Source: an uncultured Nitrososphaerota archaeon (GTDB taxonomy: Archaea; Thermoproteota; Nitrososphaeria; Nitrososphaerales; CADDZS01). Taken from it: 64,000 nt of DNA. Below are positions 42,442 to 52,482 of the stretch, piece by piece (within the stretch, counting starts at the first letter, position 1; each line of letters starts with the position of its first letter). Location: positions 992,001 through 1,056,000 of the forward strand of contig CAWCYI010000004.1 of assembly GCA_963799845.1 (NCBI GenBank), read 5' to 3'. A program made the translations under genes and the position numbers. Under the pieces are notes generated by a model, which was given only the letters and a program-made list of their open reading frames with translations, searched no databases and had not been told where the DNA came from.

Positions 42442-43416
42442 CTACCTTCCAAAGCTCCGCCTTGTGGAGCGCACATCTTGAATTGTCCCCGATTCTAGAC
42501 TCCTCCCTCCGTACTTGAGAAAGACGTCGCCCAATGTCGGTCTAGCAAGAGAAATTGACGCGATTACAATGCCGTTCCTCTCAAGATAATTAACGACAGG
42601 TGCAATCTCTACCTCCCCATTTGCAGTCTGTATCTCAAGCAATCTGTCTTCTGATTTTACTAGCGTACCAATCTCGGTTGGCAAAGTTGAAGGTATCTTT
42701 CCCTCCCTGATCTTGATCGTCAGGATGTCGACGTCCACGGTCCTTTTCAAATCCTCGGGTGAACCGGTTACTGCTATCTTGCCGGAGTTCATGATTGACA
42801 GTCTCTGACATAATTCATTGGCTTCTTCCATATCGTGAGTTGTGATGAGAATCGTAGTTGCGAACTCGGTGCTCAGTCTCTTCACGTAATCCCAAACCTG
42901 CGTCTTGGAAGCAGGATCAAGCCCTATAGTCGGCTCGTCGAGGAAGAGAACTCTTGGTCTGTTAACTAGTGCTTGTGCTATTTCCAGCCGCCTCATCATT
43001 CCCCCAGAATAATGCTTAGCAAGATCATTTGCCCTAGATGTCAAGTCCATGTACTCGAGGGCTTGATCTATTCGCGCATGCCGTTCCTTTTTGTCTACGT
43101 GAAATAACATCGCGAAAATCAGAAGGTTCTCATAACCAGAAAGGTCTCCGTCAACAGAAACAGCCTGAGGAACATACGCTAGCTTTTTCCTGACTTCTCT
43201 CGGCGACTTGATCGCGTCCATCCCCAGTACTCTAATAGAGCCCGAAGTCGGTTTCGCAAGGGTTGTAAGCATCTTTATTGTGGTAGTTTTTCCAGCACCG
43301 TTTGGACCAAGCAGCCCAAAGACCTCCCCTTCTTCGATCGAAAAAGAAATCCCGTCAACTGCTTTTGTACCTTCGCCATAGACCTTTGTTAACGACTCAA
43401 CCTCGATAGCTTTCAA
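42442..43416 (-). CDS. DrrA-type ABC exporter ATPase
   Basis: GPNGAGKTT, YSGGMMRRL, DEPTIGLD. Confidence 0.92.
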   Translation of the reverse strand: MKAIEVESLTKVYGEGTKAVDGISFSIEEGEVFGLLGPNGAGKTTTIKMLTTLAKPTSGSIRVLGMDAIKSPREVRKKLAYVPQAVSVDGDLSGYENLLIFAMLFHVDKKERHARIDQALEYMDLTSRANDLAKHYSGGMMRRLEIAQALVNRPRVLFLDEPTIGLDPASKTQVWDYVKRLSTEFATTILITTHDMEEANELCQRLSIMNSGKIAVTGSPEDLKRTVDVDILTIKIREGKIPSTLPTEIGTLVKSEDRLLEIQTANGEVEIAPVVNYLERNGIVIASISLARPTLGDVFLKYGGRSLESGTIQDVRSTRRSFGR

Positions 43417-43555
43417 TGTTCTCTACAAGACTTGTTGAGCGCAATCATTCTAAAGGGTGAAGACGATCTTCATATGTGAGAATTAGTGGGAATCGGAATC
43501 ATCCTAGGCATTTTATGAAATTCAAGAAAGGCGAAAGTACTCTCTTTTAGACCGG

Positions 43556-44797
43556 TTAATCCCATAAAATTCGAGGTGCCTCAACAGTACAGACATCCTC
43601 GACGGCTTTCATTGTCCTGTTCCTCAACTCATCAAGCCCAATGAACTCTCGCACTAATCTTCCATCTCGGATGAGCGGTTTTAACAAGGGCCTGTATTCA
43701 GCAGAAGGTGATTTTTCATCGAGTGTGACGATATCTTCGAAAGTTTTCTGATTCCGAAATACATTCTTTCTTCCGGAAAGGTCGCCCCTTTTTGTGATGA
43801 GCATCCGCTTTCCATCCTCGCTTTCTTTCTCGACAATCTTGTCGCAAAAATCGATTATCGGAGCGGCCGAAATACCGGCCCCAATTCCAAAACCATCCAC
43901 GAAATCTCTCAATTCTACGACGTCTTGTTCGTCTAAACCACCAGAAACTATTATCTTAACTTCCCCAGCATTCCGGACTTTGAGTTCCCACTTTACTTCT
44001 TGGACTAGTTTCCTCATGTCACCCCTCCTTGAAGTTGGAGTGTCAAGCCTAACTCCGTATAGTTTGTTTCCCAGAGTCTCGTAGGCTTTTATGGCTGCCA
44101 TCTTTTCGTCGCTCAGAGTATCAATTAGAGCAATCCGTGGGACTTCGGGTGGTAACGCTTGATCGAAAATTTTCCAGGCTTGAGCTTCATCTCCCACGCA
44201 TAAAATGAAGGCGTGTGGCATCGTTCCGCTAGCCTTCTTATTCATGAGTTTTGCTCCCAGGACATTTGAAACACTAGTTACTCCTCCAATGTATGAGCAT
44301 CTTTCGACCAGAGGTGCAAGCGCTGGGTGAACGCGCCGGGTACCGAAGCTGATAATCATTCTGCCTCTCGCAAGATGAACAAGTCTTGCTGACTTCGTAC
44401 AGATTCCACTAGACTGAGCCAGCAAACCTAGTATCGGGTTTTCATAAATTGCAATATCTTGGTATCGACCTATTATTCTTAGAACAGGCTCATTCACTGC
44501 AACTGTCGGGTCAGTAAGAAAGACTTCTCCCTCTTCCATAGCATCGACATCCACCGGAAGACCTTGCAAGAGTTTTGCAATTTCGTAAATGCCACAAGCA
44601 ACGGCCCAACGTGCACCGAAAGGATTCGTTCTTGTAAAGACCTCCATTGTTACTTTCGGATTTATGCCAGCAAATCTCAGAGCGTCACGAGCATATTCAA
44701 AGTAGATGTCCGTCGTGAGTCCATCTTTGATCTCTTGCTCCTTCGGCATCCAGAAGAGACGGTCATGGAGATCGCTTCTTAGATTGCTATCAATCAT
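43556..44797 (-). CDS. pncB: Nicotinate phosphoribosyltransferase
   Basis: TTDIYF, SFGTRR, GTMPH, LIDT, GVRLDT, VSGGL. Confidence 0.88.
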   Translation of the reverse strand: MIDSNLRSDLHDRLFWMPKEQEIKDGLTTDIYFEYARDALRFAGINPKVTMEVFTRTNPFGARWAVACGIYEIAKLLQGLPVDVDAMEEGEVFLTDPTVAVNEPVLRIIGRYQDIAIYENPILGLLAQSSGICTKSARLVHLARGRMIISFGTRRVHPALAPLVERCSYIGGVTSVSNVLGAKLMNKKASGTMPHAFILCVGDEAQAWKIFDQALPPEVPRIALIDTLSDEKMAAIKAYETLGNKLYGVRLDTPTSRRGDMRKLVQEVKWELKVRNAGEVKIIVSGGLDEQDVVELRDFVDGFGIGAGISAAPIIDFCDKIVEKESEDGKRMLITKRGDLSGRKNVFRNQKTFEDIVTLDEKSPSAEYRPLLKPLIRDGRLVREFIGLDELRNRTMKAVEDVCTVEAPRILWD

Positions 44798-44813
44798 TTA
44801 GGCCATCCACACA

Positions 44814-44839
44814 TTGACAATTCCGCATTTTGACAATTC
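44814..44839. repeat. Direct repeat TTGACAATTC x2 (each containing the palindrome TTG-A-CAA) upstream of pncB
   Basis: 44814-44823 and 44830-44839. Confidence 0.7.
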
Positions 44840-44840
44840 G

Positions 44841-45344
44841 TTATCTTCGTATGATACTGCGTGGAGGACTTAGCTTTACTACGGCCAATATCGAATCGAC
44901 AGTTTTTTCGGTCGACAATGGTTTTTTCAAAAACAATTCTATACCCGTGTTCTCTACTTCCCTAGAGACCCCCTCGTTTCCAAGGATCATGATTATTTTT
45001 GTCGCGGATCTCTTTGACAATATTTGCTTGGCAGCCTGTATACTATCGCCAATGGTGTAATCCAATACGACGACGTCTGGGTGTTTCTTGGAAGATTCTG
45101 AAATGGTTGATCTTACACCTCTTGTGACAATTACTGTGCAACCTGCTAACTTAAGTGCAAGTGAGAGAGAGTCAGACTCAGATTGATTCAAAGCTAGGAG
45201 AACGGTGTGATGTTTGGTCAAACTGTCTGACTGACCCCCGTCGGAGAGAATCGAACCTCTCTCTTGTTTAGGACGAGAAAATGACACATTTTTGTCGACA
45301 GTCGGGACAGTATCTTTCTCGTCAGAGGAAGTATTGTCAGCCAT
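44841..45344 (-). CDS. Atypical stand-alone receiver (REC) domain protein
   Basis: HPDVVVLD...KIIMI...FLKKPL; the acidic pair after beta1 is absent. Confidence 0.65.
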   Translation of the reverse strand: MADNTSSDEKDTVPTVDKNVSFSRPKQERGSILSDGGQSDSLTKHHTVLLALNQSESDSLSLALKLAGCTVIVTRGVRSTISESSKKHPDVVVLDYTIGDSIQAAKQILSKRSATKIIMILGNEGVSREVENTGIELFLKKPLSTEKTVDSILAVVKLSPPRSIIRR

Positions 45345-45538
45345 TTCGCAATAACACCTCTTCGGTGCTGTTCTTATTAGATCAAGCAATAAGAACACAG
45401 CAGACGATTATCAATCCTGAGAATTATTGCACCTGAATCTTGATTATGAACAAAAGTTAGAGCAAAGACTGGCCGGTTTGGATTTCGGGCTCTCGGGTCG
45501 CTGCAGTCTTTTTGGTCCGAATATGCTGAGAGTCATTT

Positions 45539-46372
45539 CTAAAATGAGGAATACGCAAACGCTTCGACTAGATCTCTTGCAGTGACGATTCCGACGATCT
45601 TGCCAGAATGAATCAAAGGGAGTCGCTTGATCCGACGCTCGATCATTATTTTTGCAGCATCTAGACCGTCAATCCCTTGCTCGGCTGTAATCAGATAGTG
45701 AGTCGAATAATTCTCGACACTCGAATGCATGGTGAATTCTGAAGTCAGAATTGATCTGAGAAGGTCTCTTTCCGTAAAAATTCCCCTCGAAAATCTCCCT
45801 TCAGAAACTATGACGCTGCCGACGCGCCTCTTGTCCATAAGTTGGACGATTAATTCCACTGTCGACCGAGGCCCTTCCTCATAAACAATCCCGGAATAAG
45901 CACTCTTGAAATCAAAACGTCTTCCGAATTTGCCTATCTCTCTGACGATATCAGTTGCAGTAACGATGCCAATTGGTTTTTCACTTTCGAAAACCACCAG
46001 CCTCCCCTTTTTCTCGCGCATGATCTTGGCGGCGTCTCCTAGAGTTGCATCGGGACTCAGAATGTTGAATGATGGTGTCATGACTTCCGTGAGAACCGGT
46101 TCCTCAAGTTTCCTTTGACGAGCAAGCACTTTGCTCAAAAGATCACGCTCGGTGAAGATGCCAACCGGCCGTCCACCGTCCTCCACTATCACGCTTCCTA
46201 TCCCGTACTCAACCATCGACTTCACAGCCCAGCTGACATTTGAGCTGGAGTGGCCCAGAACAAGTTTCTTGCTCATGAATTGCTGGGCGGTAATAATTTG
46301 GGATATCATAAGTGAAATAGACGAGAGGCTATCCATTATATTGATAGGACGATTCTCAGAATTGAGAATCAA
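45539..46372 (-). CDS. Four-CBS-domain protein (start uncertain)
   Basis: GIFTERDLL x2, GIVTATDI, IKRLP..GIVTARDL. Confidence 0.9.
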   Translation of the reverse strand: MILNSENRPINIMDSLSSISLMISQIITAQQFMSKKLVLGHSSSNVSWAVKSMVEYGIGSVIVEDGGRPVGIFTERDLLSKVLARQRKLEEPVLTEVMTPSFNILSPDATLGDAAKIMREKKGRLVVFESEKPIGIVTATDIVREIGKFGRRFDFKSAYSGIVYEEGPRSTVELIVQLMDKRRVGSVIVSEGRFSRGIFTERDLLRSILTSEFTMHSSVENYSTHYLITAEQGIDGLDAAKIMIERRIKRLPLIHSGKIVGIVTARDLVEAFAYSSF

Positions 46373-46463
46373 AAATCACCGTTTGAGTCGACGTATTCAA
46401 TCACAGAGGGTGAAAACGAAGGGCGACAAAACTGACATTAAAGACGATCCTTTGTTTGACTTT

Positions 46464-48197
46464 CTAACCTGCGACCAGCACCGCCGATTTGAGCGTTTTC
46501 AAGAAATCTCCTAATTTTCTTGAATTGAGTATGTCACTAGCGGTAGCCCAGCCTCTTCTTGCCTGGGCTATCCCAAGCTCCAAGAAATGAAAGTTGATCT
46601 TCGCATGAGAATCCGAACTAATGCCGAGTTTGACGCCAATTTCGATTGCTTTCTTTATGTGTTCGTCCTTCAAATCCAATCTGTCCGGATACGAGTCGAT
46701 ATCGAGCATCGTACGATTTGCTTTCGCCGCTTCCATAACTTTCTCGATGTCGAGTTCTATTGGATCCCTCTTCTGCAGCTGCCTTGCAGTAGGATGATAG
46801 ATAATGTCGACATCTGGATTTTCAATCGCTGCTATCACTCTGCGAGTCATTTCTTCCTTGGTCAGGTTAAAGTGTGAATGAACGGCCGCCCCAACCACAT
46901 CTAGTTTCCGGAGAGCCTCGCTGGCAATGTCCACGGTTCCATTCTTCATTATATTCAACTCAACACCCTTCAGAATGCGAAATCCACTAAGTTGTTTATT
47001 CAATTCGTCAATCTCCGCCGCTTGTTTTGAAAGCATTTTCTCATCCAATCCTCCTGTCATGGCAAGGGACCGCGAGTGGTCAGATATGACAATGTATTCC
47101 AATCCTATCTTCATCGCTTCTTCAGCCATTTCCTTGATGGAATTTGAGCCATCCGTCCATGTGGAGTGAACTTGTAAATCACCTTTCAATTCATCGTAGC
47201 CAATCAGTTTTGGTAATTCGTTTTTCGCTGCCGCTTCGATCTCGCCGGTATTCTCCCGGAGCTCTGGAGGTATCCACGAGAGTCCAAGTTTTTGATAAAC
47301 CTCCTCCTCGTCCTGCCCCGCGATCATTCGAGTTCCATGAAACAGACCGTACTCATTCAACTTCCATTTCTTCTCTTGGGCGATTTTTCGAAGTGCAACG
47401 TTGTGATCCTTGTTGCCAGTGAAATATTGTAGAGCAGCGCCAAAGCTTCCGATCGGAACAACTCGCAGATCCGCGTGTAGTCCTGTGTCCAGCTTCACAG
47501 AAGACTTTGTCTCTCCCTTCATCATGACCTCAGCGACTTCTGGCATCCCCACGAAGAAATTCATGACTTCTCCAGGTCTCTCAGAGGCAACGAGAAAATC
47601 GACATCACCAATAGTTTCCTTCATCCTCCGAACTGATCCTCCTACCATGACCTTGCTTACTTCATCATGATTCTTCAGACGGTTCTCGATCTCTCGAATG
47701 AATGCGAGATTGAAACCCAGGATGAATCGCCCCTTACTTTTCTTCGCAAACTCGATTCCTTTCAGGATGTTCTGCTCGGTCTTTTCTTGAAAGCCTGGAA
47801 TCTTGCACACTTTGTGCGTGGTGCAAGCACTCTCGAGATCGTCTATATTCCTGATTCCAAGTTCTTGCCATAGAGTTTTGATCTTTTTTGGACCGAGCCC
47901 TTCCACTCCGGAAAGACTACCAAGATCAACGGGGACTTTCTCTTTCAGTTTCTCGTAGTAATCGAGTCGTTCAGTTTTGATGAGCTCTTCAATTTTCTCC
48001 GCTATACTTTCGCCAATTCCAGGAATCTCCATGAGTGCCTTAATTCCGCCTCTTCTGTATACGTCCTCGACATCCTCCTCCAAAGCCTCGATTGATCTAG
48101 CAGCTTTTTCATAGGCTCTTGGCTTGAATTGAATGTCGTCCATTTCCAAAAGGATTGCAATGTTGTTTAGAATGTGTTCGACTTCCCAGTTTCTCAT
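46464..48197 (-). CDS. polX: DNA polymerase X with PHP exonuclease domain
   Basis: HhH IPGIGE, GSVRR..TIGDVDFL, YFTGNK.HN, LNEYG; PHP motifs VHS, SDH, SSDSH. Confidence 0.93.
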   Translation of the reverse strand: MRNWEVEHILNNIAILLEMDDIQFKPRAYEKAARSIEALEEDVEDVYRRGGIKALMEIPGIGESIAEKIEELIKTERLDYYEKLKEKVPVDLGSLSGVEGLGPKKIKTLWQELGIRNIDDLESACTTHKVCKIPGFQEKTEQNILKGIEFAKKSKGRFILGFNLAFIREIENRLKNHDEVSKVMVGGSVRRMKETIGDVDFLVASERPGEVMNFFVGMPEVAEVMMKGETKSSVKLDTGLHADLRVVPIGSFGAALQYFTGNKDHNVALRKIAQEKKWKLNEYGLFHGTRMIAGQDEEEVYQKLGLSWIPPELRENTGEIEAAAKNELPKLIGYDELKGDLQVHSTWTDGSNSIKEMAEEAMKIGLEYIVISDHSRSLAMTGGLDEKMLSKQAAEIDELNKQLSGFRILKGVELNIMKNGTVDIASEALRKLDVVGAAVHSHFNLTKEEMTRRVIAAIENPDVDIIYHPTARQLQKRDPIELDIEKVMEAAKANRTMLDIDSYPDRLDLKDEHIKKAIEIGVKLGISSDSHAKINFHFLELGIAQARRGWATASDILNSRKLGDFLKTLKSAVLVAG

Positions 48198-48524
48198 ATC
48201 ATTTCACAAAATGCACTCGGCAATCATTTCAACACGTTTTCACTAACATACTGACGAAATTCAAATTCTTCCAATGAATGCGCTCTCAAAGGAGATGACA
48301 TTCTCACTCTCGAAAGAAGGGACAACATTACCAGAAGATTCCCGAAAAATCCTACTGCGACTTTTTCCGTCTTTGATGCTACTCAGGTAAGCACCTCATG
48401 TATGACGAACAATCAAATGTTTGTCGGACAAATCCGCAAACAGCGCACCTTAATTCCGGTCTCATCTTCACCTTTTTCATCGGTTTGTTACAATGGTAAC
48501 TTGCAGTCAAATTCTATTTCTCAC

Positions 48525-48941
48525 CTAAACAATGCAATCTATCGGCAGTGGCGGCTCAAAATCGGTATCAGGTGCTGCTTCTTCCTTCTCGGCCAAATTC
48601 GCAGGTTTCCTCTTACTCAACAGTACGCTCGATCCGAAGACAATCGCAAGAATAACCGCGAACCAAAACAGATAGTCGAGAATCATATTTGGGGCGTTCG
48701 TGCCAATTGGAACGACGTCAGCGCTTGAGGGACAGACCAATGTTGAATGTGTCTGCGGCGGACTAAGGGACTCTCTATTCATTGAATAAAAAAAGGGCTC
48801 AGGAAAACCATACTCGGTTCCGGCTACACAAGGTTGGCCATTCCAGCGAACAGTATGAGTTCCAGAAACAAGAAAGGAACTTAACAAAAGCAGAACTCCA
48901 ACGCCACAAGAGAGAAGTGGCAGCTTAACGTAGTTTCTCAA
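48525..48941 (-). CDS. Hypothetical membrane protein
   Basis: N-terminal TM, YGFP, second TM. Confidence 0.55.
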   Translation of the reverse strand: MRNYVKLPLLSCGVGVLLLLSSFLVSGTHTVRWNGQPCVAGTEYGFPEPFFYSMNRESLSPPQTHSTLVCPSSADVVPIGTNAPNMILDYLFWFAVILAIVFGSSVLLSKRKPANLAEKEEAAPDTDFEPPLPIDCIV

Positions 48942-49360
48942 TTCAACTTCACTTGAGATGGATCTTGCAGCGTTCGTGCATATATCTTGAGAAGACGATT
49001 ATCAAATTTGGTAATACCTCAGCCCTTCTCGTCTGCTATGGTTTGAAGTGTATTCGCGTTATCCATCCAATCCGTCCAAGGGATCTTTGCCCGTTAAGAG
49101 GGCTTTCGATCCGCGTCTAAACAATTTTCGCCAGATCGTCTTCTGGTTTGATCTCCCCTGCGCACCTTATTTCTTTTTAGGATCTTCGTCGTCGACACAA
49201 AATTAGGATAAATCACTCGCGATTTTTTCGCCGGCGTCACTTAGAGGACACGTATTGAAAGCATCCCGTATCATATGACATCTCGACGCCGGCATGCTTA
49301 ACGCATTTGAGAAACCTGTTGACTTGGATTAATTCAAGAAACAAAAAGTATCTGTCGTAA

Positions 49361-50042
49361 TTAAGCTTGAACAACGTTTCCCGGATTCTTTGGTCGTGTC
49401 CTTCTCTCGGTTAGATCAATTTCTTTCAGTGCGTTTTTCACTTCATTGTCTTCTACTTGTTCAAACCGTTCATAGAACTCGCCTATTGCATAGAATGGTT
49501 CGGGAGTCTCAAGACAAATTACTTGGTCTGCCACACTTGAGAGCCGCCCAACTGTTTCGGATGGAGCCACTCCTAATGCAAGAATAATTTTCGCTGGTTT
49601 TTTCCTCTTAACAGATTCGATTGCCGCCAGCATTGTATTCCCAGTCGCTACTCCGTCGTCCACAATTATTACGGTCTTTCCTGTGAGATCTGGATACGGC
49701 CTCTCTCCCCGATATTTTTGCATCCTATCTGTAATTTCTTTTTTTTGCCTCAGCTGATTCTTCTTTCAGGTACTCTTTGCTTATTCCGTATTCTCTCACG
49801 ATATTTTCGTCTAAAATCAGCTCACCATCTTGAGTAACCGCTCCTATGGCGAACTCCTCCTGACCTGGAAATCCTATCTTCCTCGTGATTACGAGATCCA
49901 GCTTGGCTCCGAGAGAAAGTGCAATTTCTTTTGCAACCGGTACGCCTCCTCGTGGAATCGCCAGCACAATCGGATTCTTGAACTTCATTCCAATAATCCT
50001 GTCGGCAAGAAGTTTGCCTACTTCAGTTCTATCACGAAACAA
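49361..50042 (-). CDS. Phosphoribosyltransferase (Rv0571c/Rv2030c N-terminal type; indel in an A-run near 49740)
   Basis: FRDRTEVG, LAIPRGGVPVA, RKIG.P..EFAIGAV, IVDDGVATG, FYAIGEFY..FEQV. Confidence 0.88.
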
Positions 50043-50049
50043 AGTTTTC

Positions 50050-50709
50050 TCACAGATACTCCTCAAACCAATTTGAAGCATGCCTTGCTACTTGAGCAAG
50101 TGTTCCGGGCTCTTCGAAGAGATGAGTTGCATGAGGGACGACAATCAGTTTCTTTTTCCTAGAGGCTATCAGAGCCAATGCAGAACGATTCAATTCGAGG
50201 ACCTCTTCATCATTTCCTCCAACAATCAGAAGAGTTGGTACGTTCACTCGAGCAAGATGGGAGCCTGCCATGTCAGGTCTACCTCCTCTTGAGACAACAG
50301 CGCAAACTTCATTCGGCCCTAAATCGGCTGCCGCTCTGAGCGCCGCTGCTGCGCCGGTGCTCGCTCCAAAATACCCCACTCGAAGTAAACGTTTCTTGAT
50401 GTTATGTTTGACCCAGTTCGATGTATCTTCAAGCCTCTTTGTGAGCAGGTCGATGTCAAACCTCGTCTCATAATTCTCGTCCTCATTCTCCGTCAGAAGG
50501 TCGAAAAGCAGGGTGCCGAATCCAGAATCTTGAAGAACTTCAGCAACGTATCGGTTTCTCGGACTGAGTCTACTACTTCCGCTTCCATGGGCGAAAATCA
50601 CCAAACCCTTCTTGTTCGAACGTGGCTCGACCAGATCTCCGTGCAAAGTCGTGGAATCGATTCTAATTGTTACTGATGTATTGGCGGATCCTTGCATTTC
50701 TTTTCCCAT
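50050..50709 (-). CDS. Dienelactone hydrolase-family alpha/beta hydrolase (Rv0571c C-terminal type)
   Basis: FAHGSGSSRLSPRN, GYFGASTG, VSRGGRPD, ATHLFEEPG. Confidence 0.9.
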   Translation of the reverse strand: MGKEMQGSANTSVTIRIDSTTLHGDLVEPRSNKKGLVIFAHGSGSSRLSPRNRYVAEVLQDSGFGTLLFDLLTENEDENYETRFDIDLLTKRLEDTSNWVKHNIKKRLLRVGYFGASTGAAAALRAAADLGPNEVCAVVSRGGRPDMAGSHLARVNVPTLLIVGGNDEEVLELNRSALALIASRKKKLIVVPHATHLFEEPGTLAQVARHASNWFEEYL

Positions 50710-50751
50710 ACTTCCCGATCCGATCCTTTGATGTTACGAACTATTTCCGCC

Positions 50752-51099
50752 TCAGCATGTCAAGTGCAGAACGGCGTTCGTTTCCTCAGGGTTCTTCATC
50801 AACTGAGCAATAGCCTCCGACGTTGGGAGGATGGACAACTCGATTTTGCGACGCTTAGCTTCTCTCTTGACTTCTTCCATTACTGGAAGGGCTCCACCAC
50901 CAGTTCCGATCACCAAGTGATTACACTTCCAAGGTATCTCCTCTTCTAGGGAGAGTGGAGTATGGCCAAAGGCATCACGAAACTTCTTGGATTGCTTCTT
51001 TTTGCGCTTGAATACCTTCCCACGATCTATAACGACATCGTGATCATATTTGATCCCATTAATGCAGATTGAACCAAAGGAAAATTCTTCAAATTGCAT
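50752..51099 (-). CDS. MTH938/NDUFAF3 family protein
   Basis: FSFGSI.ING..Y.HDVVI, LVIGTG, AVLHLTC. Confidence 0.85.
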   Translation of the reverse strand: MQFEEFSFGSICINGIKYDHDVVIDRGKVFKRKKKQSKKFRDAFGHTPLSLEEEIPWKCNHLVIGTGGGALPVMEEVKREAKRRKIELSILPTSEAIAQLMKNPEETNAVLHLTC

Positions 51100-51295
51100 T
51101 GCGCTTCACTCGCGTTGACATTGCAACATTCGTTCGACCGATATGCGAACTGCACGAGTCGTATTTAATGATCGGGCACGATTTTCAGAGTTGGGAATCA
51201 TACCTTCTTAAGAAGGAGGCATTTCAGTGCTCGAACGATAATAGAAAACAAGGCCTTATCTGAATCTTGGATGAAAATGTCTATACGTGCACAAC

Positions 51296-52279
51296 TTAAT
51301 TGCGAACTATCGCTTCAAAACAACCTTCGGATTTCTTCAGAACTAATCCAGTACCAAGCTCCGCGCATAATTGGCGCATCTTGTTTCCTATCAATCGAAT
51401 CTCCAGTCCTTTAACAAGATTTGCTTGAAACTTCTCAATCCTAGTTGGATAGAGTTCTATCCTATCGATTTTATCGTCTTCGCCTTCTAATGAGAATACA
51501 AAAGACTCGTCGTTGCGTTCGACTGGATCAATAGCGTAATCATCGATGAAATCACCGGTGCAGTAAAGAATCGGCCGACGCTTGAAAATCTCAATTCCTC
51601 TGAAAACATGGCCGGAGTGCCCGAACACAATATCTGATCCAGCTTCCACCAAAGCATGTGCAAATCGAGTGCGCTCCTCTGGCGGCTCATATCCCCAGTT
51701 TGGTCCCCAGTGAGCGGAGACTATGAGTAAATCGACCGACTCTTTGGAGCGTTTGACAAGATCTAGAAAGCGAACTGACCGCTCATCCGTCAACTCGGAT
51801 GGGACAAAGAGTACTCCACGTCTGATGGATGTGGCTTCCCACTCAGGTTCGTTGTCCGTGAAAGCAACGACACCAATTTTCTTATGATGAGTATTCAGAA
51901 GTGCGAGTCGTTCTGCTTCGTTTAGGGAACTGCCCAGGCCAGCATGCTTGATGTTCGCGTTATCTAGTAGTCTCAACATGTCTTCAGCAGCTTCATAACC
52001 GTAATCTAACGAATGATTGTTGGCTGAAGAGATCACATTGATATCTCCAGCGGACAGAACTCTGACATTCTTGGCGTCTGAACGAAAGTGGAATTCCTTT
52101 ACTGTTGCAGACCATGGTTTTCCTATGTTAGAAATCACGCACTCTAGGTTGCACATTCGAATGTCGGCGGAATGAAAAAGAGAGAGTGTGTTGCCCCACG
52201 GATAGTCTGGTGATCTCTGTCTTAGAACTTCATTGACAAGTCGACCCAGCATGACATCACCGACCAATACAATTCGCAT
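51296..52279 (-). CDS. CapA (PGA_cap) family metallophosphatase-fold protein
   Basis: VGDVMLGR, NLEC, ANNHSLDYG, HWGPNWG, GHSGH, GDFIDDY. Confidence 0.9.
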   Translation of the reverse strand: MRIVLVGDVMLGRLVNEVLRQRSPDYPWGNTLSLFHSADIRMCNLECVISNIGKPWSATVKEFHFRSDAKNVRVLSAGDINVISSANNHSLDYGYEAAEDMLRLLDNANIKHAGLGSSLNEAERLALLNTHHKKIGVVAFTDNEPEWEATSIRRGVLFVPSELTDERSVRFLDLVKRSKESVDLLIVSAHWGPNWGYEPPEERTRFAHALVEAGSDIVFGHSGHVFRGIEIFKRRPILYCTGDFIDDYAIDPVERNDESFVFSLEGEDDKIDRIELYPTRIEKFQANLVKGLEIRLIGNKMRQLCAELGTGLVLKKSEGCFEAIVRN

Positions 52280-52342
52280 AAAACGATCAAACCTGACTCT
52301 TATGATTTAGTTGAGTTATTCGTAAAGTGGTCAAGCGAAAAT

Positions 52343-52471
52343 TCATTGGCCCGGACCGTCAGCCTGATAGATCCTATTGCAGATGCATCCCCTGCATGTG
52401 CATCGTTTCATGGTGCATTCTGAAGCGCTCATGTGACCACATTGGCTGCAATGCTTTTTTTGGTTGTTCAT
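52343..52471 (-). CDS. Unannotated 42-aa Cys/His-rich microprotein
   Basis: Manual translation MNNQKKHCSQCGHMSASECTMKRCTCRGCICNRIYQADGPGQ*; ATG 11 nt after the RNR stop, same strand. Confidence 0.6.
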   Translation of the reverse strand: MNNQKKHCSQCGHMSASECTMKRCTCRGCICNRIYQADGPGQ

Positions 52472-52482
52472 ACTAATATCGC

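Noticed and set aside
51296-52279. Poly-gamma-glutamate capsule synthesis
   Set aside because: CapA alone, without CapB/CapC or a membrane anchor.
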